Positions 39,610 to 53,294 of a DNA stretch of 64,000 nt are shown here, one piece after another. The notes below the pieces were generated by a model. It made no database searches, had not been told where the DNA came from, and saw nothing but the letters and a program-made list of their open reading frames with translations. Origin of the DNA: a virus; IMG/VR virus record IMGVR_UViG_3300023179_000056, positions 1 through 64,000 of that record. One strand, written 5' to 3'. The position numbers were made by a program, and so were the translations under genes. Every line of letters starts with the position of its first letter. Position 1 is the first letter of the stretch.

Positions 39610-42600
39610 TGGCCACAACAAAGTCGGTAGATTTTCTACCACCCATATTTCAAACCAGCACTAACAAGCAATTCTTATCAGCTACACTAGATCAACTGGT
39701 CCAGGAACCCGAATTCAAAAAAACACAAGGGTTTGTTGGACGTCATGTTGGCCCTGGAGTAAATCCCAATGACTACTATGTGGTTGAACCTACTGCCGCT
39801 CGATCAAACTATCAGCTGGAGCCGGGCGTTATAAGTTTAGTGCCAGATACTGATACCATTGCAGATGCAGTAACTTATCCAGGTATCACTGATGCAATAG
39901 GTCGGCAAGGTGGATTCACCAACAATTCATCAAGACTGTATACCAGCGACTACTATACCTGGGATCCGTTTATAAACTTTGATAAGTTTACAAATTACAG
40001 TCAGTATTACTGGCTGCCGGGCGGTCCTATATCTGTGGGTGTGAGTGGAACTACAATTCCAACCACAGCTACCTATGACGTGACCAGAACAGACGCCTAT
40101 TATGAATTTTCAAGCCTACCGGGCCAGAATCCAGTGATCACCTTGGTGCGTGGCGGAACTTACAAGTTTGCAGTCAATCAGGCACCCGATGCTTTTTGGA
40201 TACAATCAGACCCTGGTGTAAATGGACGCTTGCCGTATGCTCCCAACATCAGTTCTAGAACGGTGCTAGGCGTTACCAACAACGGTGAAGATTCGGGCAC
40301 CATTACGTTTAGTGTACCTTATAAAACAGCTCAACAGTTTTATTACGATCTAACACTGGCCCCTACTATTACTGTTGCTGGGCAAGTTGATTTGGTAACC
40401 AACATTGATTACAATCAAATCAACGGAGCGTTAGTAGCTGCATTTTTTGCCAGCTATCCTTCAGGCATAGACGGTATAACTAATCTTCAAAATCGCACAG
40501 TGGTATTCAACAATACCACAGCACCTACTGATGTATATCAAATACAATACATAGGCACTGGTCCTAGCCAAACTATTCAGCTGGTACCAGTGTTGTCAGT
40601 CCCGAGCCTGAACAAATTTACCATCATGTTTGGTGCCGAGTGGAGTAACACACAGTGGTACCTCAATGCATCGGGCTATTTTGAACAAATACCGTTGCTG
40701 ACTGCGGTACAAGATCTGCTGTGGTATCAAGACAGTACCAACCCAGAAATTTTTGGACAAATCAGACTGGTAGATCAAACTCAAGCAGCTTCTATCAATG
40801 TGGTCACTGACATCCTGGGCAAGAAAAACTACACCTCGCCCAATGGTGTGGTGTTCACCAACAATTTAAAGATCACATTTGAAGGCACAGTGTTTCCTGC
40901 CAGCTATCAAGCTCAGACTTATTATGTGGCCGGAGTAGGCACGGCTATACAGTTGTTGTTGGAAACTGATTATGTTACCCCTGAAATTGCACACACTGCC
41001 AGTATTCCTTGGGATTTTGTTCCTTGGGATTCTGCCAACTGGGACGGAACACTGAATCAACCACTGGATCCTGATTACATCACAATAGCACTGGATAGTC
41101 CTGATCTCAATGCCTGGACAAGATCAAATCGCTGGTTTCATATTGATGTAATCAACGCAGCAGCCGCATACAATAACACAATTCCGGTGTTAGATAACGC
41201 ATTCCGTGCCAAACGTCCTATCATTGAATTCCGCGGCGGTACACGTTTGTACAACATGGGCACCGAGTCCAAAGATCCCATAAACATCATTGATCTCAAT
41301 CAAACTGATGCTTTGTCCAATGTCAATGGCACCACTGAGTACTACATTGACGGTTATCAATTGCAACAAGGCAGCAGAGTTATTTTTGCACGCGATGCAG
41401 ATCTTGCTGTGCGTGACAAGATTTATGTGGTAAATTTTGTCAGTCCAGCTTCGGTGCCATTGCCTGACAGTTCGTTGGTGGATCAGCCTATCATTGACCT
41501 AGTGCCAGCGGATGATGCATTGGCTCTGATTGATCAGTGTGTGGTTTGTTTGAGTGGTAATACACTGCAAGGTGTGACTTTTTATTATGATGGTACACAA
41601 TGGATTCGTGCACAGCAGAAAACAGAGGTGAATCAGAATCCCATGTTTGATGTTTACGATCAAGCAGGATACAGTTTGGGTAATCGTGTGGTTTACCCAA
41701 GCTCAACTTTTTCAACTGTCAAGAACAATATTGGTACTGTCACAGGCGGAAGCCCGTTGTTCAGTTATGCAATTGGTCCAGGAACTGTGGCAGATACTGT
41801 GTTGGGATTTCCCCTAAGATATCTCAGCTTGAACAACATTGGCGATATTGTGTTTGATAACAATCTTTATGCAGATACTTTTATCTATGTCAAAGACAAT
41901 ATACAACAAACTGCCAATATCAGTATAGGGCATGTTCGACAATACGAAAATCGAACTGTGTATGCTAAAGAACTTGGCTGGCAAAAAGCCGCGGTCAAGA
42001 GTCAAGTTTATCAACAGTTTAATTTCACATACAGTACCACTCTCGTAACAGCATCTATATCAGGTACAACACTAACTGTGACTCAAGGTCCGGCCACAGG
42101 CTCACTGTTAATTGGGCAAAGTATCTCTGGCAAAGGGGTGGTGCCCGGTACTCAGATCACAGGATTGCTCACCGGAACCGGCGGAACCGGAACTTATACT
42201 GTCACCCCGGCACAAACGGTTCTGTCTGAAATTATCACAGCAACCACACCATTGATCCTGGATGTGGCTGCTGTACCAACTGGCATGATCCCCAGCGTTA
42301 AAGTCTATGCTACCAGTGTGAGTCAAAACTACAGTAGTTTATTTCAAGACCCAGGCAATTACACAGTTACCACCACCGATAACACCACAACTATTAGATT
42401 CAATCCCACAACAAAAATAGTGCAGGGCGACATTGTTGAAGTATTAGTTCTGAGCGATCAAACAAGTGCTGTGGGATTCTATCAAGTTCCTGTCAACTTA
42501 GAAAACAATCCATTGAATGGCAATAACCCATACTTCACGTTGGGTACCATTAGAACACATTATGACACAATTGCACAAAACTTAGTCAATCTCACTGGGC

Positions 42601-45600
42601 CAGTGAATGGTGCCAACAACTCAAGAGACTTGGGCAATATTGTTCCGTACGGGTTGAGCATTTTGCAACAAAGCTCGCCTATGACTCTGGCTGGATACTT
42701 CTTGCGCAAACCCGATTACGATATCTTTGCGTCATTGGCATTCAATTCTAGAGAATACGAAAAATTCAAAGCGCAGTTCCTGAACACAGCAGTTCAAGGT
42801 GATTACACAAACATGACAGTGGCAGAAATACTGAATGCAGTGTTTTCTGAAATTAACACAGGGCAGACCAGTTCAAATCCATTCTATTGGTCAGACATGT
42901 TGCCCACCGGCACAGTGTATACTCAATTACAGACCACAGTGACTCCTATCACTGGGCTGGTGTTTGATCTCACACAAGTATACAATTACACCTCAGCCAA
43001 TTATCAAGCATTGCTGGTGTACATCAATGATCGATTGTTGACTAGAAATATTGAATATGTTGTCAGTACCGATGCACCAGTTATCACAATCTTGATACCA
43101 TTGGCAGTGGGAGAAGTTGTGACCATTCAAGAGTACGAAGCTACTTTTGGTAGCTATGTTCCTAACACTCCTACCAAGCTGGGATTGTATCCAGCATATG
43201 TACCTGAAATATTTTTAGATGAAACTTATGTAACACCTACTGTTGTTATTCGTGGGCATGATGGATCCATTACTAGAGCGTTTGGTGATTTCCGTGATCA
43301 ATTGTTGTTGGAATTTGAAACTAGAATCTACAACAACTTAAAACTAGATAACAATCCAGTACCTCTGACTGCCGCAGAAGTAATTCCAGGTCAATTCCGC
43401 ACCACCGATTACAGTCTATTAGAGATACAAGATATTCTCAATCAAGACTTTTTGACCTGGGTGGGCTGGAACAAACTTGATTACAAAACACAAGATTATA
43501 TTCCAGCCAACGAGTTTACTTGGAATTATAGCACAGCATCAAACAAACTCACTAGTGATCCATTGTTGATTGGCGCCTGGCGCGGTATCTACAATTATTT
43601 CTACGACACTATCTATCCTGCCACACGACCTTGGGAATTACTGGGATTCAGTGAGCGTCCATCATGGTGGGAAAATCAATACGGCCCGGCCCCGTACACT
43701 TCGGGTAACCTGGTGTTATGGGGAGATCTAGCAGCAGGCCTGGTAAGAGATCCAGTGGCTGCTTATGTGCGCCCGGAATACATTCGTCCTGAATTGTTGC
43801 AAGTAATTCCAGTTGATAGTGAAGGTCAATTGTTAAGCCCACAACAAGTGGTAGTAGGCAACTTTAACACAGCCGACTTTCGCAAGAGTTGGACAGCTGG
43901 TGATGACGGCCCTGTAGAAAACGCCTGGCGTACCTCAAGTGCGTATCCATTTGCCATCATGAGATTGTTGGCATTGACCCGCCCGGCTGAATTCTTCTCA
44001 TTGTTTGCTGATAGAGATCTGTACCGATTTGATACTGATTACGATCAATACTTGTACAATAATCGTTATAGACTAGATGCCAATGGTGTTGAAGTGTATG
44101 GCAACGGCATCAGTAAAGCCAGTTATATTGATTGGATTGTGGACTTTAACCGAGTAAGTGGTATTAACTCAACTGCTGCACTCACTGCTGATCTTAAAAA
44201 TCTTGACGTGAGATTATGCTATAGAATGGCATCATTCACCGGCAAAAATCTACTGGAACTGTACACCGAGAAATCTAGTCCTAACAGTTTAAACTCCAAC
44301 TTGTTGTTGCCTGATGACAGTTACAATCTGTTGTTCTACAAAAACGTACCGTTTGCACAACTCACTTACTCTAGTGTGATTGTGCAAAGTACCGCCACGG
44401 GCTGGGCAGTGTATGGTTACAATATGAGTCAACCATATTTTAACATTTTGCAAAGCCGAGTCAATGGCAATCTGGGCACTATATCAGCCGGCAATAGCAC
44501 AGTTCGTGTTCCAGTGACATATACCAATAATGTGGTACAAATTCCATATGGTTATGTGTTTACCAATCAAACATTAGTGGCTGACTTCTTGTTGAGTTAC
44601 GGCGCACTATTGCAAAGTCAAGGTGTTGTGTTCAACACATTGGAAAATGGATATGTGTTGGATTGGAATCAGATGGTCAGTGAATTCTTGTACTGGAGCA
44701 ATCAAGGCTGGGACACTGGCAGTATTATCAATCTGAATCCAGGTGCAAGCAAATTGATTGTGGAGCGTCCAGGCGCAATTGTTGATAGCATTGCAGTGCA
44801 AACTGTAGAGAACATGGTGTTAAATGCCGATAGGGTTCCATTCAATGCCAGAGACTTGGTAATTGAAAGATTGGATAATACTTTCACTATTACCAGCTTG
44901 ACCACAGAAACTATCAACTTCCTCAACATCAAGTTCACCAGTTACGAGAACATGATTGTGTTGGACAACACCAGTATCTTTGCTGACTTGATTTATAATC
45001 CCATAACTGGTGCAAGACAAAGTCGTATTAGACTGGTAGGATGGACCACTACAGAATGGAACGGGCAATTGAATGCTCAAGGATTCATATTAAATCAAGA
45101 TGATATCAAGCCCTGGGATCCATTGAAGAAATACTCTCGTGGCGAAATTGTAAAATGGAAAAATACCTATTACAGTGCCATTGACATAGTACAGCCATCT
45201 GCAGAGTTTGATATCAATAACTGGAGAGTTAGTAACTATACATCAATACAACAAGGGCTGTTACCTAACTTGGCCAACAAGAGCAATCAACTGGCCAACA
45301 GTTACAATATCTACACTGCTAATCTTGAACTCAACCAAGATTTATTCTCATATGCATTGATTGGGTGGAAACCTCGACAATACATGGTAAATCTAGAATT
45401 AGATAGTACCAGCCAGGTGAGTTTGTATCAACAATTTTTAGGTACCAAAGGCACCGTACGTGCGGCTGACATATTCTCATTTGCTGACATAGGGCACGGT
45501 CCTACACAGTATCAGATTTATGAAAATTGGGCCATACTTCGCGGAGTATACGGTGCCAATGCTAACCGCAGCTTCTATGAACTGCAACTCAACGAGGCAT

Positions 45601-48600
45601 TGCTAACTGCTAATCCTAGCACCGTACAGGTTATTTTGCCCAACCAAGCTAGTTTGGCTGAGCAAACAGTGCTGTTGAATAACTTATGGAAATCCAGCTA
45701 CAAGATAACAAGTCCAAATATATTGACCACTGTGACTTTGCCTATAGAGGATTCGGCATTGCCCAGTGCTGGTTATGTGAATTTTGATGATGTTGATATC
45801 ACGGTATTTGATATCACAAACACTGCTGAACTAAGTGCTAATATTGACAATATCAATTTAGGAACTGACATATGGGTGGCACGTATCAACAGTTATGATT
45901 GGGGCATTTATCGAACTAGTCAGATTCCGGGATATCTTGATTCGGTTACCACAAACCTTGACGGCACCAGTGTGTTTACCTTTACTCAACCTCATGGTAT
46001 TACTACCACTGGGCGGCTGTTTATAATTCGATTCTTCTCTGACGAGGTCAATGGAGTATACAACGTACTACGTATACCAAGTATTAATCAACTGGTTGCT
46101 GAATTTAGTTTTGTCAATGCTGGGCAAATTACTGCTGTTGGCAATGGTATTGGATTTGTATTGCAAACTCAACGTGTGAAACAAGCCAGTGATGTGATCT
46201 CATTACCGTATGCCAACAGTTTGATCCCAGGTAATAAAGTATGGGTAGACAACAATGGGTTGGGTCTATGGGAAGTGTTGGAAAAACAACTAGTTTTCAC
46301 ATCCACAGACGAAATAAAAGCTGCTGTTCCACAAACCAATAGTGAATTTGGTCAAAGTGTAGCACAAAACAAAGACAATATCTATGCAATTGTTGGTAGT
46401 CCAGCATACAATTCTGGCATTGGTGCAGCATACACTTACATACGATCAACAGTTAACCCATTTGCAGAAAATTCTGTTCTTGAACTCAATGCCATAGACA
46501 CTGTCGGATACGGACGCGCAGTCAGCATTGGCAATCAGACTTGGCAAGTAATAGGCGCACCGGCCAGTGATAACAACCTAGGATATGCAGCCACGGTTTA
46601 TAGAATCCCTGGCACCAGCACTTTCATAACTTCCGGTTTGCTCACAGTTCCAGTGGTCACTGACTTGGTATATCCAGCTGAGTTTGGCTACAGCGTAGCA
46701 ATGAGCCAAGATGAGCATTGGATGTATATTGGTGCACCGGGAATTAATAAAGTTTTTGCATATGGATTGGTAGAGGTACAGACTCAAACTAAAAAATACA
46801 CAACTACCGGCACTACATCAATTTTCAATTACAGTAATTACATTGTGATTGATTCACAATATCCCAATCAGCTTACTGTGGTCTTGAACAATCAAGAATT
46901 AACAGAAGGACTTGATTATATTTTAACAGCCAGCAGTGTAGTGTTTAATTCAACACCACCAAGTGATTTGATATTACAAATCAGTCGTAGAACTTCTGCA
47001 ACTTATACCGGTGATGGATCAACACATTTGTTTTCGCTGAATGAATATTTGTACACCGCAGTCAACATCTACAGTTTTGTTGTGGCAGTCAACGGAGTAT
47101 TGCAGCGTCCAAATATTGATTACGAATTCAACGCAGACTACAGTACCACTGGTAGAGATTTAATATTCTTCACCGCACCCGCTGCCGCAGCAGTAATTAC
47201 AATAACCACCAACAGTTACTATACATTTGTTGATACGTTAGAGTTTACCATTGAATTCACAGCTTCAATCACAGGCAACACACTCTCAGTAACTGATATG
47301 CCAATTGGCTCTCCGTCTCTTGCTGTTGGCATGATTCTCAGTGGTACTGGTGTTGCACAAGGCACACGTATCACAGCACTGGTCAGCGGAACTGGTGGTA
47401 CAGGAACATATCTAGTATCACCAGGACAGACCACAGCATCTACTGTTATCACAGCTAGATTGCCCGATGATAGTAGATTTGGTGAAAGTATTGCATGTAC
47501 CATTGATGGAACTCAGATCCTCATTGGTGCACCAAATACTGATACTGGTAACGTGATAGATGCTGGTACAGTTTATGCATATGATCGTTCAGTACAAAAT
47601 TTTGTCATAACCAACGCTACTCAAACATCTTATACTGTGGATGGCGGTGTATTAATTTCACCTACTTTTGTAAATTTAAACAACAATTTCTTGGTCAATA
47701 CTGAAGACAACATAGACGGAACATTCTCTGTAAGTGGAGCCACAGTCACAGTCACAGTTCCACTGGCAGTGGGTGATGTGTTACAAGTACAACCAAACAC
47801 ATTTAGTTTATTGCAGATTGTAAATGCTAATACACCAAGTGTGGCTGCTAATTTTGGTAGCAGTGTAGACATGTGCCGATTCAGTTGCAGTGTGTACACA
47901 GGAGCACCACACGATAGTTCTGTGTTGTCACAGGCTGGATCAGTGCAACGCAACGTGAATCAAAGTCGTTTATACGGTACTACCACTAGCCAAACAGTTG
48001 ATCCTGAATTGACCCCAGGGCATAGCATCAGAATCAACAATCAACAAGTGGTATTGAGCAATCCTGATCAATGGATCGGCACAGTAATTTGGCCTGCCAA
48101 CAGCTTGGTGCAAGATACCGGATCAGTGTATCAAGCTATTCGTACTGTACCAGTTGGTGTAACACTCAATGATGTAACCTACTGGAAGCAAAGTAGCTGG
48201 GTAGCAGTATTGGCAAATGATATCAACACATCTGGCATTGCCAACGTGATAGCCAGTACTGGTGCAATTGGAACAGCAACATTTGGATTATTAACTGTAA
48301 GCGTGAAGAATGTGTCAGCAGCTGATCCCGGCAATCGTGTTACTGTATTGCCGGGTCTGACAGGAACTATATTCCAGGCCCTAGGGTTCAATACCTATGC
48401 ATACACACAAACTATTACCAGTCCGGCACCGTCAATCAACGCTAATTTTGGTGCAGCACTGAACATTGATACATCGGCTACTACACTAACAGTAGGAGCA
48501 CCGGGCGGAAACTTATATCGTCCCAACACGTTTGATCAGGGCACTACATATTTTGACGGTCGCACTACCACATTCAATGGACCGTTGTATCAAAGTGGTG

Positions 48601-51600
48601 TAGTGTACACATATGATTATCTAAGTAGTGCTTCAGACTCTGTGAGAGATCCAGGCAAGTTTGCATTTGGACAACAAATATATGATCAACGTGTGCAAGA
48701 ACTAGACCAGTTTGGTACTGCAATGGATTATACCAATGGTGTATTAATGATTGGTAGTCCAGGCAGTGATGTTGACGACAGCACTTTGAGTGAACTCAAT
48801 TATGGACGTGTGGCAATATTCAGAAACGATACACTTACGCCAGCATGGGCAGTGATACATGAACAACTGCCTGTGGTTGATATTAAATTGATCAATTCTG
48901 TATACAGTTACAGCGCCAGCACTGGTGCTAAAACCACGTTCTTTGATTTTATTGATCCATTACAAGGAAAAATCCTAAGTGCTGCCGCTGAAAATATTAA
49001 TTATACCAGTGCTGTGGATCCTGCTGCATACAATGTAGGCCCGGTGAACAACTATGGTAGAATTTGGGCCGAAACTCATGTGGGAGAAATTTGGTGGGAT
49101 ACCAACAGTGTGAGATTTGTTGACCCCAACCAAGACAACATCACTTATGCAGCTCGCCGTTGGGCACAAATATTCCCAGGATCCACTGTTGATGTATATC
49201 AATGGGTCAGCAGTGCAGTACCTCCAGCTGGATACACAGGTCCGGGCACACCACGAGATATTGTCAGTTACAATGCAACCAATGGTATAAATGCCAATGG
49301 TATTTTTACTACCACTTATTATTTCTGGGTAAAAGGTATCACCACAATCAATACCACAGCTGGCAAAACTCTCAGCATCAATGGTATTTCCAGATACATT
49401 GCAGACCCGCGCAGTTCAGGTATCCCTTATGTGGCATTCTTGAATGCCAGTTCAACTGGCATCTACAATGCAGTAAATGATATTTCTGCACAAGATACTA
49501 TACTCAGTATTGAGTTTGATCAAGAATTAACCAGCGACAATGTTCACACACAATACAGTTTGATTCCTCAAGATCGTGCCGATGGATTTCTTCCTGACAA
49601 TCTGTATCTTAAATTTATAGACAGTCTTTGTGGAGTCAATTCCACTGGTGCAGCAGTACCTGATGTGACTTTGAGTCCAGCCAATCGTTATGGCGTACAA
49701 TTCCGCCCACGACAAAGCATGTTTGAGGATAGATTCTTGGCACTAAAGAACTATTTTGGCCGAGTTAATTCAGTACTAGCACAGTATCCAATCACTGAAA
49801 TTCGTAGTTTTGCATTGTTAAACAGTAGAGAACCTGAGCCACCGGCAGGAACTGGCGCCTGGGACAAGCGGGTAGCCAATCTTGAAGAGTTAAGTTATCA
49901 AAATCTTGCATCAGTTCCGGTAGGATATCTATATCTTGTGGCAAGTGATTCAGATCAAAATGGTCTATGGACTATCTATCAAGTTACTGCAACAAAAACA
50001 TTTGCTACCTTGGATCTAGTGCGAGTACAAAACTACGATACTCGTAGATACTGGAGTTATATCAACTGGTACTTACCGGGATACAATCCTAGCAAATTGG
50101 TCATTGCCACAGTGGGGGTATACAGCGACCTCAGCAAGTTAAGTTTGTACCAAGCACCAGTGGGATCCAGTGTGCGAGTTACTGCAAACTCACAAAACAA
50201 GTGGGAAATATACCTGCGTGTGGCCACTGACACATGGGATCGTGTGGCTCTACAAGATGGTACTATAAAAATTTCTGCTGAATTGTGGGATTATCAATTG
50301 GGTCGCTTTGGTTTTGATACCGAAGTGTTTGATGCACAATACTTTGATCAAGAACCTGTAATTGAAACACGACGAATCATACAAGCAATCAATCAAGAAC
50401 TATTAGTAGACGAACTGTTGATTGATCGCAACCGTGCATTGATCCTGATGTTTAATTTTGTACTCAGTGAGTTTGAATCTCCTGATTGGTTGTCAAAGAC
50501 TTCATTGATTGATGTGGATCATACTATTCGTGAATTGGTTGCATTCCAAACATATCAACGAGACAATCAAGATTTTGTGTTGGATTACATCAAAGAAGTC
50601 AAACCGTATCATGTACAAATACGTGAATTCAATTTGATTTACAATGGTTTAGATAGCTATCAAGGGTCGCCAACTGACTTTGATGTACCTGCATATTACG
50701 ACACTGATGTAATCCCCAATCAGTTTGTGAGTCCTATTCTGACTCCTTATACTGTGAGCACAGCACAGGGTACTGGGACTCCGGATGACGCCAGTGACGC
50801 TGCATCTGACAGTTTGATATGGCAAGCACAGCCTTGGAATTTCTGGTATCAAAATCACACTCTGGCAGTGGTAGGTGCATCGGTAGCAGCAGCAGGATCA
50901 GGATACACTGTGGCCCCAGTGGCCACAGTTACCGGCGATTGTGTTACCCCTGCCGAACTAACAGTGACCATAAACAGTGCTGGGCAATTGACTGGAGTTG
51001 TAGTGAACAATCCTGGAGTGGGATACACTACCACTGCGTTGATAACCCTGAGCGGCGGCAATGGAACTGGAGGACAGTTGGTAGCAGTAATGGCCGGCCC
51101 AGGTGTTGGAACAGATCAAAATCCAATGGCAGCAAACAGCGGCGACACACAGTATTATAATCTGGTGCGCAGTTTCAATCTCACAATGAAATATGATAGA
51201 TATCAATATGTATCAACCATTGTGGATTGGGAGCCCAATGTGAACTATGACACTGGCACACAAGTTCGCTATGACAATCGTGTGTGGTCTGCAAATAGCC
51301 CTGACTCAACAGCGGTCAATTCTCAAACATTTGACCCTGCAGACTGGCTATTGGTCGATGCTGCCACATTGAGTGGTGTAGATCGTACCATGGGACTGTA
51401 TGTGCCCACAGTGAACCAACCTGGGTTGGATCTGGGTCAGTTGATCAGTGGTATAACTTACCCAGGTGTACAAGTGAGTGCGCCGACATTTGGACAAAAT
51501 ACTGGTTTTGATGTGGGCAATTTTGATATAAATCCATTTGATAATATTGCATATGGACCTGAGGGACTACCTACATATGATCCGGGCATACTGGACGTTA

Positions 51601-52475
51601 TCTATCAAAGCAGATTCTCGGATATCTATTTGGGTCTGCGTGCCACAGACATCAATGTGGTTGGTGGAGAATTTGTTGGTCCTTTTGAAAGCCATGCACC
51701 AGAAGAGCTGATTCCCGGATCAGCATTTGACACCTTGGATTTCCGTGTGTTCACTCAAGTGAGTGTGGTAGCAGAATTGTTTGGTGATTTGGTGGTGCCA
51801 GAATCAGTGGATTTTAGAATTTTCCAAGACATGCGAGGCGCACAGGCCACTTACCGAATCACGCCTGATACCACAACCGTGCTCACACAAAAATTGTTTA
51901 AAGATCAAGACACAATACATGTTGCAGATGCCGCAGCACTGGCACAACCCAATTTGCAAGCCAACATCTGGGGTGTGATCACCATAAACGGTGAACGCAT
52001 TATGTATCGTGAGATTGACACCAACAACAACACTGTGAGCAGTTTGTTGCGTGGCACAGCAGGTACCGCAGTGGCCGAGCATGACTTGGGTTCCACTGTG
52101 TATAACATCAATAATGGCAACTTGGCGCCAGTTGAATATCAAGATCACGTGGTGTATACCAATACTTTAGCTGATGGCAGTACCACAACATTCTCAGCAC
52201 CAAATATCGATCTCAGTGCATTGACTGTGAGTTTTGCTGAACAAGCCATCTTGGTGTATGTGGCAGGCATACGGGTGTACACTGGATACACTGTGGATTC
52301 TGTGGCACCTGCAACCATAACATTTGGCACAGCACCTGCTGCTGGTTATGAAGTTTCCATACTGGTACGTCAAGGATTTGGTTGGTATCAACCAGCAGCT
52401 GGCAATCCATCAGACGGCACAGCTCTGCAGGTCACCCAAACCGACGCCGCAAGGTTCTTCCGAGAACAAAATTAA
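39609..52475 (+). CDS. Giant (4288 aa) baseplate wedge/structural protein, gp7 position
   Basis: Follows gp6; FG-GAP-like propeller repeats, W...Y..G..V.Y carbohydrate-binding-like modules, EVKPYH motif. Confidence 0.7.
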   Translation: MATTKSVDFLPPIFQTSTNKQFLSATLDQLVQEPEFKKTQGFVGRHVGPGVNPNDYYVVEPTAARSNYQLEPGVISLVPDTDTIADAVTYPGITDAIGRQGGFTNNSSRLYTSDYYTWDPFINFDKFTNYSQYYWLPGGPISVGVSGTTIPTTATYDVTRTDAYYEFSSLPGQNPVITLVRGGTYKFAVNQAPDAFWIQSDPGVNGRLPYAPNISSRTVLGVTNNGEDSGTITFSVPYKTAQQFYYDLTLAPTITVAGQVDLVTNIDYNQINGALVAAFFASYPSGIDGITNLQNRTVVFNNTTAPTDVYQIQYIGTGPSQTIQLVPVLSVPSLNKFTIMFGAEWSNTQWYLNASGYFEQIPLLTAVQDLLWYQDSTNPEIFGQIRLVDQTQAASINVVTDILGKKNYTSPNGVVFTNNLKITFEGTVFPASYQAQTYYVAGVGTAIQLLLETDYVTPEIAHTASIPWDFVPWDSANWDGTLNQPLDPDYITIALDSPDLNAWTRSNRWFHIDVINAAAAYNNTIPVLDNAFRAKRPIIEFRGGTRLYNMGTESKDPINIIDLNQTDALSNVNGTTEYYIDGYQLQQGSRVIFARDADLAVRDKIYVVNFVSPASVPLPDSSLVDQPIIDLVPADDALALIDQCVVCLSGNTLQGVTFYYDGTQWIRAQQKTEVNQNPMFDVYDQAGYSLGNRVVYPSSTFSTVKNNIGTVTGGSPLFSYAIGPGTVADTVLGFPLRYLSLNNIGDIVFDNNLYADTFIYVKDNIQQTANISIGHVRQYENRTVYAKELGWQKAAVKSQVYQQFNFTYSTTLVTASISGTTLTVTQGPATGSLLIGQSISGKGVVPGTQITGLLTGTGGTGTYTVTPAQTVLSEIITATTPLILDVAAVPTGMIPSVKVYATSVSQNYSSLFQDPGNYTVTTTDNTTTIRFNPTTKIVQGDIVEVLVLSDQTSAVGFYQVPVNLENNPLNGNNPYFTLGTIRTHYDTIAQNLVNLTGPVNGANNSRDLGNIVPYGLSILQQSSPMTLAGYFLRKPDYDIFASLAFNSREYEKFKAQFLNTAVQGDYTNMTVAEILNAVFSEINTGQTSSNPFYWSDMLPTGTVYTQLQTTVTPITGLVFDLTQVYNYTSANYQALLVYINDRLLTRNIEYVVSTDAPVITILIPLAVGEVVTIQEYEATFGSYVPNTPTKLGLYPAYVPEIFLDETYVTPTVVIRGHDGSITRAFGDFRDQLLLEFETRIYNNLKLDNNPVPLTAAEVIPGQFRTTDYSLLEIQDILNQDFLTWVGWNKLDYKTQDYIPANEFTWNYSTASNKLTSDPLLIGAWRGIYNYFYDTIYPATRPWELLGFSERPSWWENQYGPAPYTSGNLVLWGDLAAGLVRDPVAAYVRPEYIRPELLQVIPVDSEGQLLSPQQVVVGNFNTADFRKSWTAGDDGPVENAWRTSSAYPFAIMRLLALTRPAEFFSLFADRDLYRFDTDYDQYLYNNRYRLDANGVEVYGNGISKASYIDWIVDFNRVSGINSTAALTADLKNLDVRLCYRMASFTGKNLLELYTEKSSPNSLNSNLLLPDDSYNLLFYKNVPFAQLTYSSVIVQSTATGWAVYGYNMSQPYFNILQSRVNGNLGTISAGNSTVRVPVTYTNNVVQIPYGYVFTNQTLVADFLLSYGALLQSQGVVFNTLENGYVLDWNQMVSEFLYWSNQGWDTGSIINLNPGASKLIVERPGAIVDSIAVQTVENMVLNADRVPFNARDLVIERLDNTFTITSLTTETINFLNIKFTSYENMIVLDNTSIFADLIYNPITGARQSRIRLVGWTTTEWNGQLNAQGFILNQDDIKPWDPLKKYSRGEIVKWKNTYYSAIDIVQPSAEFDINNWRVSNYTSIQQGLLPNLANKSNQLANSYNIYTANLELNQDLFSYALIGWKPRQYMVNLELDSTSQVSLYQQFLGTKGTVRAADIFSFADIGHGPTQYQIYENWAILRGVYGANANRSFYELQLNEALLTANPSTVQVILPNQASLAEQTVLLNNLWKSSYKITSPNILTTVTLPIEDSALPSAGYVNFDDVDITVFDITNTAELSANIDNINLGTDIWVARINSYDWGIYRTSQIPGYLDSVTTNLDGTSVFTFTQPHGITTTGRLFIIRFFSDEVNGVYNVLRIPSINQLVAEFSFVNAGQITAVGNGIGFVLQTQRVKQASDVISLPYANSLIPGNKVWVDNNGLGLWEVLEKQLVFTSTDEIKAAVPQTNSEFGQSVAQNKDNIYAIVGSPAYNSGIGAAYTYIRSTVNPFAENSVLELNAIDTVGYGRAVSIGNQTWQVIGAPASDNNLGYAATVYRIPGTSTFITSGLLTVPVVTDLVYPAEFGYSVAMSQDEHWMYIGAPGINKVFAYGLVEVQTQTKKYTTTGTTSIFNYSNYIVIDSQYPNQLTVVLNNQELTEGLDYILTASSVVFNSTPPSDLILQISRRTSATYTGDGSTHLFSLNEYLYTAVNIYSFVVAVNGVLQRPNIDYEFNADYSTTGRDLIFFTAPAAAAVITITTNSYYTFVDTLEFTIEFTASITGNTLSVTDMPIGSPSLAVGMILSGTGVAQGTRITALVSGTGGTGTYLVSPGQTTASTVITARLPDDSRFGESIACTIDGTQILIGAPNTDTGNVIDAGTVYAYDRSVQNFVITNATQTSYTVDGGVLISPTFVNLNNNFLVNTEDNIDGTFSVSGATVTVTVPLAVGDVLQVQPNTFSLLQIVNANTPSVAANFGSSVDMCRFSCSVYTGAPHDSSVLSQAGSVQRNVNQSRLYGTTTSQTVDPELTPGHSIRINNQQVVLSNPDQWIGTVIWPANSLVQDTGSVYQAIRTVPVGVTLNDVTYWKQSSWVAVLANDINTSGIANVIASTGAIGTATFGLLTVSVKNVSAADPGNRVTVLPGLTGTIFQALGFNTYAYTQTITSPAPSINANFGAALNIDTSATTLTVGAPGGNLYRPNTFDQGTTYFDGRTTTFNGPLYQSGVVYTYDYLSSASDSVRDPGKFAFGQQIYDQRVQELDQFGTAMDYTNGVLMIGSPGSDVDDSTLSELNYGRVAIFRNDTLTPAWAVIHEQLPVVDIKLINSVYSYSASTGAKTTFFDFIDPLQGKILSAAAENINYTSAVDPAAYNVGPVNNYGRIWAETHVGEIWWDTNSVRFVDPNQDNITYAARRWAQIFPGSTVDVYQWVSSAVPPAGYTGPGTPRDIVSYNATNGINANGIFTTTYYFWVKGITTINTTAGKTLSINGISRYIADPRSSGIPYVAFLNASSTGIYNAVNDISAQDTILSIEFDQELTSDNVHTQYSLIPQDRADGFLPDNLYLKFIDSLCGVNSTGAAVPDVTLSPANRYGVQFRPRQSMFEDRFLALKNYFGRVNSVLAQYPITEIRSFALLNSREPEPPAGTGAWDKRVANLEELSYQNLASVPVGYLYLVASDSDQNGLWTIYQVTATKTFATLDLVRVQNYDTRRYWSYINWYLPGYNPSKLVIATVGVYSDLSKLSLYQAPVGSSVRVTANSQNKWEIYLRVATDTWDRVALQDGTIKISAELWDYQLGRFGFDTEVFDAQYFDQEPVIETRRIIQAINQELLVDELLIDRNRALILMFNFVLSEFESPDWLSKTSLIDVDHTIRELVAFQTYQRDNQDFVLDYIKEVKPYHVQIREFNLIYNGLDSYQGSPTDFDVPAYYDTDVIPNQFVSPILTPYTVSTAQGTGTPDDASDAASDSLIWQAQPWNFWYQNHTLAVVGASVAAAGSGYTVAPVATVTGDCVTPAELTVTINSAGQLTGVVVNNPGVGYTTTALITLSGGNGTGGQLVAVMAGPGVGTDQNPMAANSGDTQYYNLVRSFNLTMKYDRYQYVSTIVDWEPNVNYDTGTQVRYDNRVWSANSPDSTAVNSQTFDPADWLLVDAATLSGVDRTMGLYVPTVNQPGLDLGQLISGITYPGVQVSAPTFGQNTGFDVGNFDINPFDNIAYGPEGLPTYDPGILDVIYQSRFSDIYLGLRATDINVVGGEFVGPFESHAPEELIPGSAFDTLDFRVFTQVSVVAELFGDLVVPESVDFRIFQDMRGAQATYRITPDTTTVLTQKLFKDQDTIHVADAAALAQPNLQANIWGVITINGERIMYREIDTNNNTVSSLLRGTAGTAVAEHDLGSTVYNINNGNLAPVEYQDHVVYTNTLADGSTTTFSAPNIDLSALTVSFAEQAILVYVAGIRVYTGYTVDSVAPATITFGTAPAAGYEVSILVRQGFGWYQPAAGNPSDGTALQVTQTDAARFFREQN

Positions 52476-52487
52476 GCTAAATAAATC

Positions 52488-52634
52488 ATGAAGCAAAATC
52501 AGCAGATCACCCCACAGACGCCACGCCAGGCACCAGTAGCTCGCCCAGACGAGCGTGGTGCTATTGCAGTATCAGGATTTTTAAAGATCTCTGATCCTGT
52601 GACCAAACAAATATTTGTGGAGAAAAAAGCATGA
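52488..52634 (+). CDS. 48-aa protein (not in the ORF track)
   Basis: MKQNQQITPQTPRQAPVARPDERGAIAVSGFLKISDPVTKQIFVEKKA; TAAATA upstream; ATGA overlap with the next gene. Confidence 0.7.
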   Translation: MKQNQQITPQTPRQAPVARPDERGAIAVSGFLKISDPVTKQIFVEKKA

Positions 52635-53242
52635 TAATACCAGTTCAGATACAAGGGTTTGTAAAGATTTTTGATCCAAAATCTGGTGAAGTTTTTGTAG
52701 ACAAAAAGAATTCAATACACTATGAAAACATGAGTATTTCTCTAGCCCAGACACTAAGCAATAGAACTCTAGCCCAAGGTGGCGGATGGATTTATGCCAT
52801 GGCATTCGGCAACGGTGGAAGTTCAGTTGACCCCACTGGTGTGATCACATATTTGCCACCCAATACCACCGGTGTCAATGCAGACCTGTACAATGAAACT
52901 TTTGCCAAGGTAGTAGATGACAATTCTGCTGCTGACACTGATGTGACCAACAATTATCTACAGGTGTTGCACACCTCCGGGCAGGTGTACACTGATATTC
53001 TGGTGAGTTGTTTGTTGGACTATGGCGAGCCGCCAGGACAACAGCCTTTTGACAATTCAACCAATTTCAATGGAGAATATGTGTTTGACGAGCTGGGACT
53101 CAAAGCTGTAAACGGAGACACTACCAATCTTCGACTGATAACACATGTGATTTTTCACCCAGTACAAAAAAGTCTAAATCGCCAGATACAAATTGACTAT
53201 ACTGTGCGAATTCAAACACTAACTAACCTAAGCACAACATAA
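52631..53242 (+). CDS. Baseplate/fibre-attachment protein
   Basis: N.IHYEN, MAFGNGG, LDYGEP, FDELGL, THVIFHPVQKS. Confidence 0.6.
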   Translation: MIIPVQIQGFVKIFDPKSGEVFVDKKNSIHYENMSISLAQTLSNRTLAQGGGWIYAMAFGNGGSSVDPTGVITYLPPNTTGVNADLYNETFAKVVDDNSAADTDVTNNYLQVLHTSGQVYTDILVSCLLDYGEPPGQQPFDNSTNFNGEYVFDELGLKAVNGDTTNLRLITHVIFHPVQKSLNRQIQIDYTVRIQTLTNLSTT

Positions 53243-53294
53243 ATATGTGTAGACAAACAGGTAACACACACCTATAAGATTTGGAGCAAGCAAT

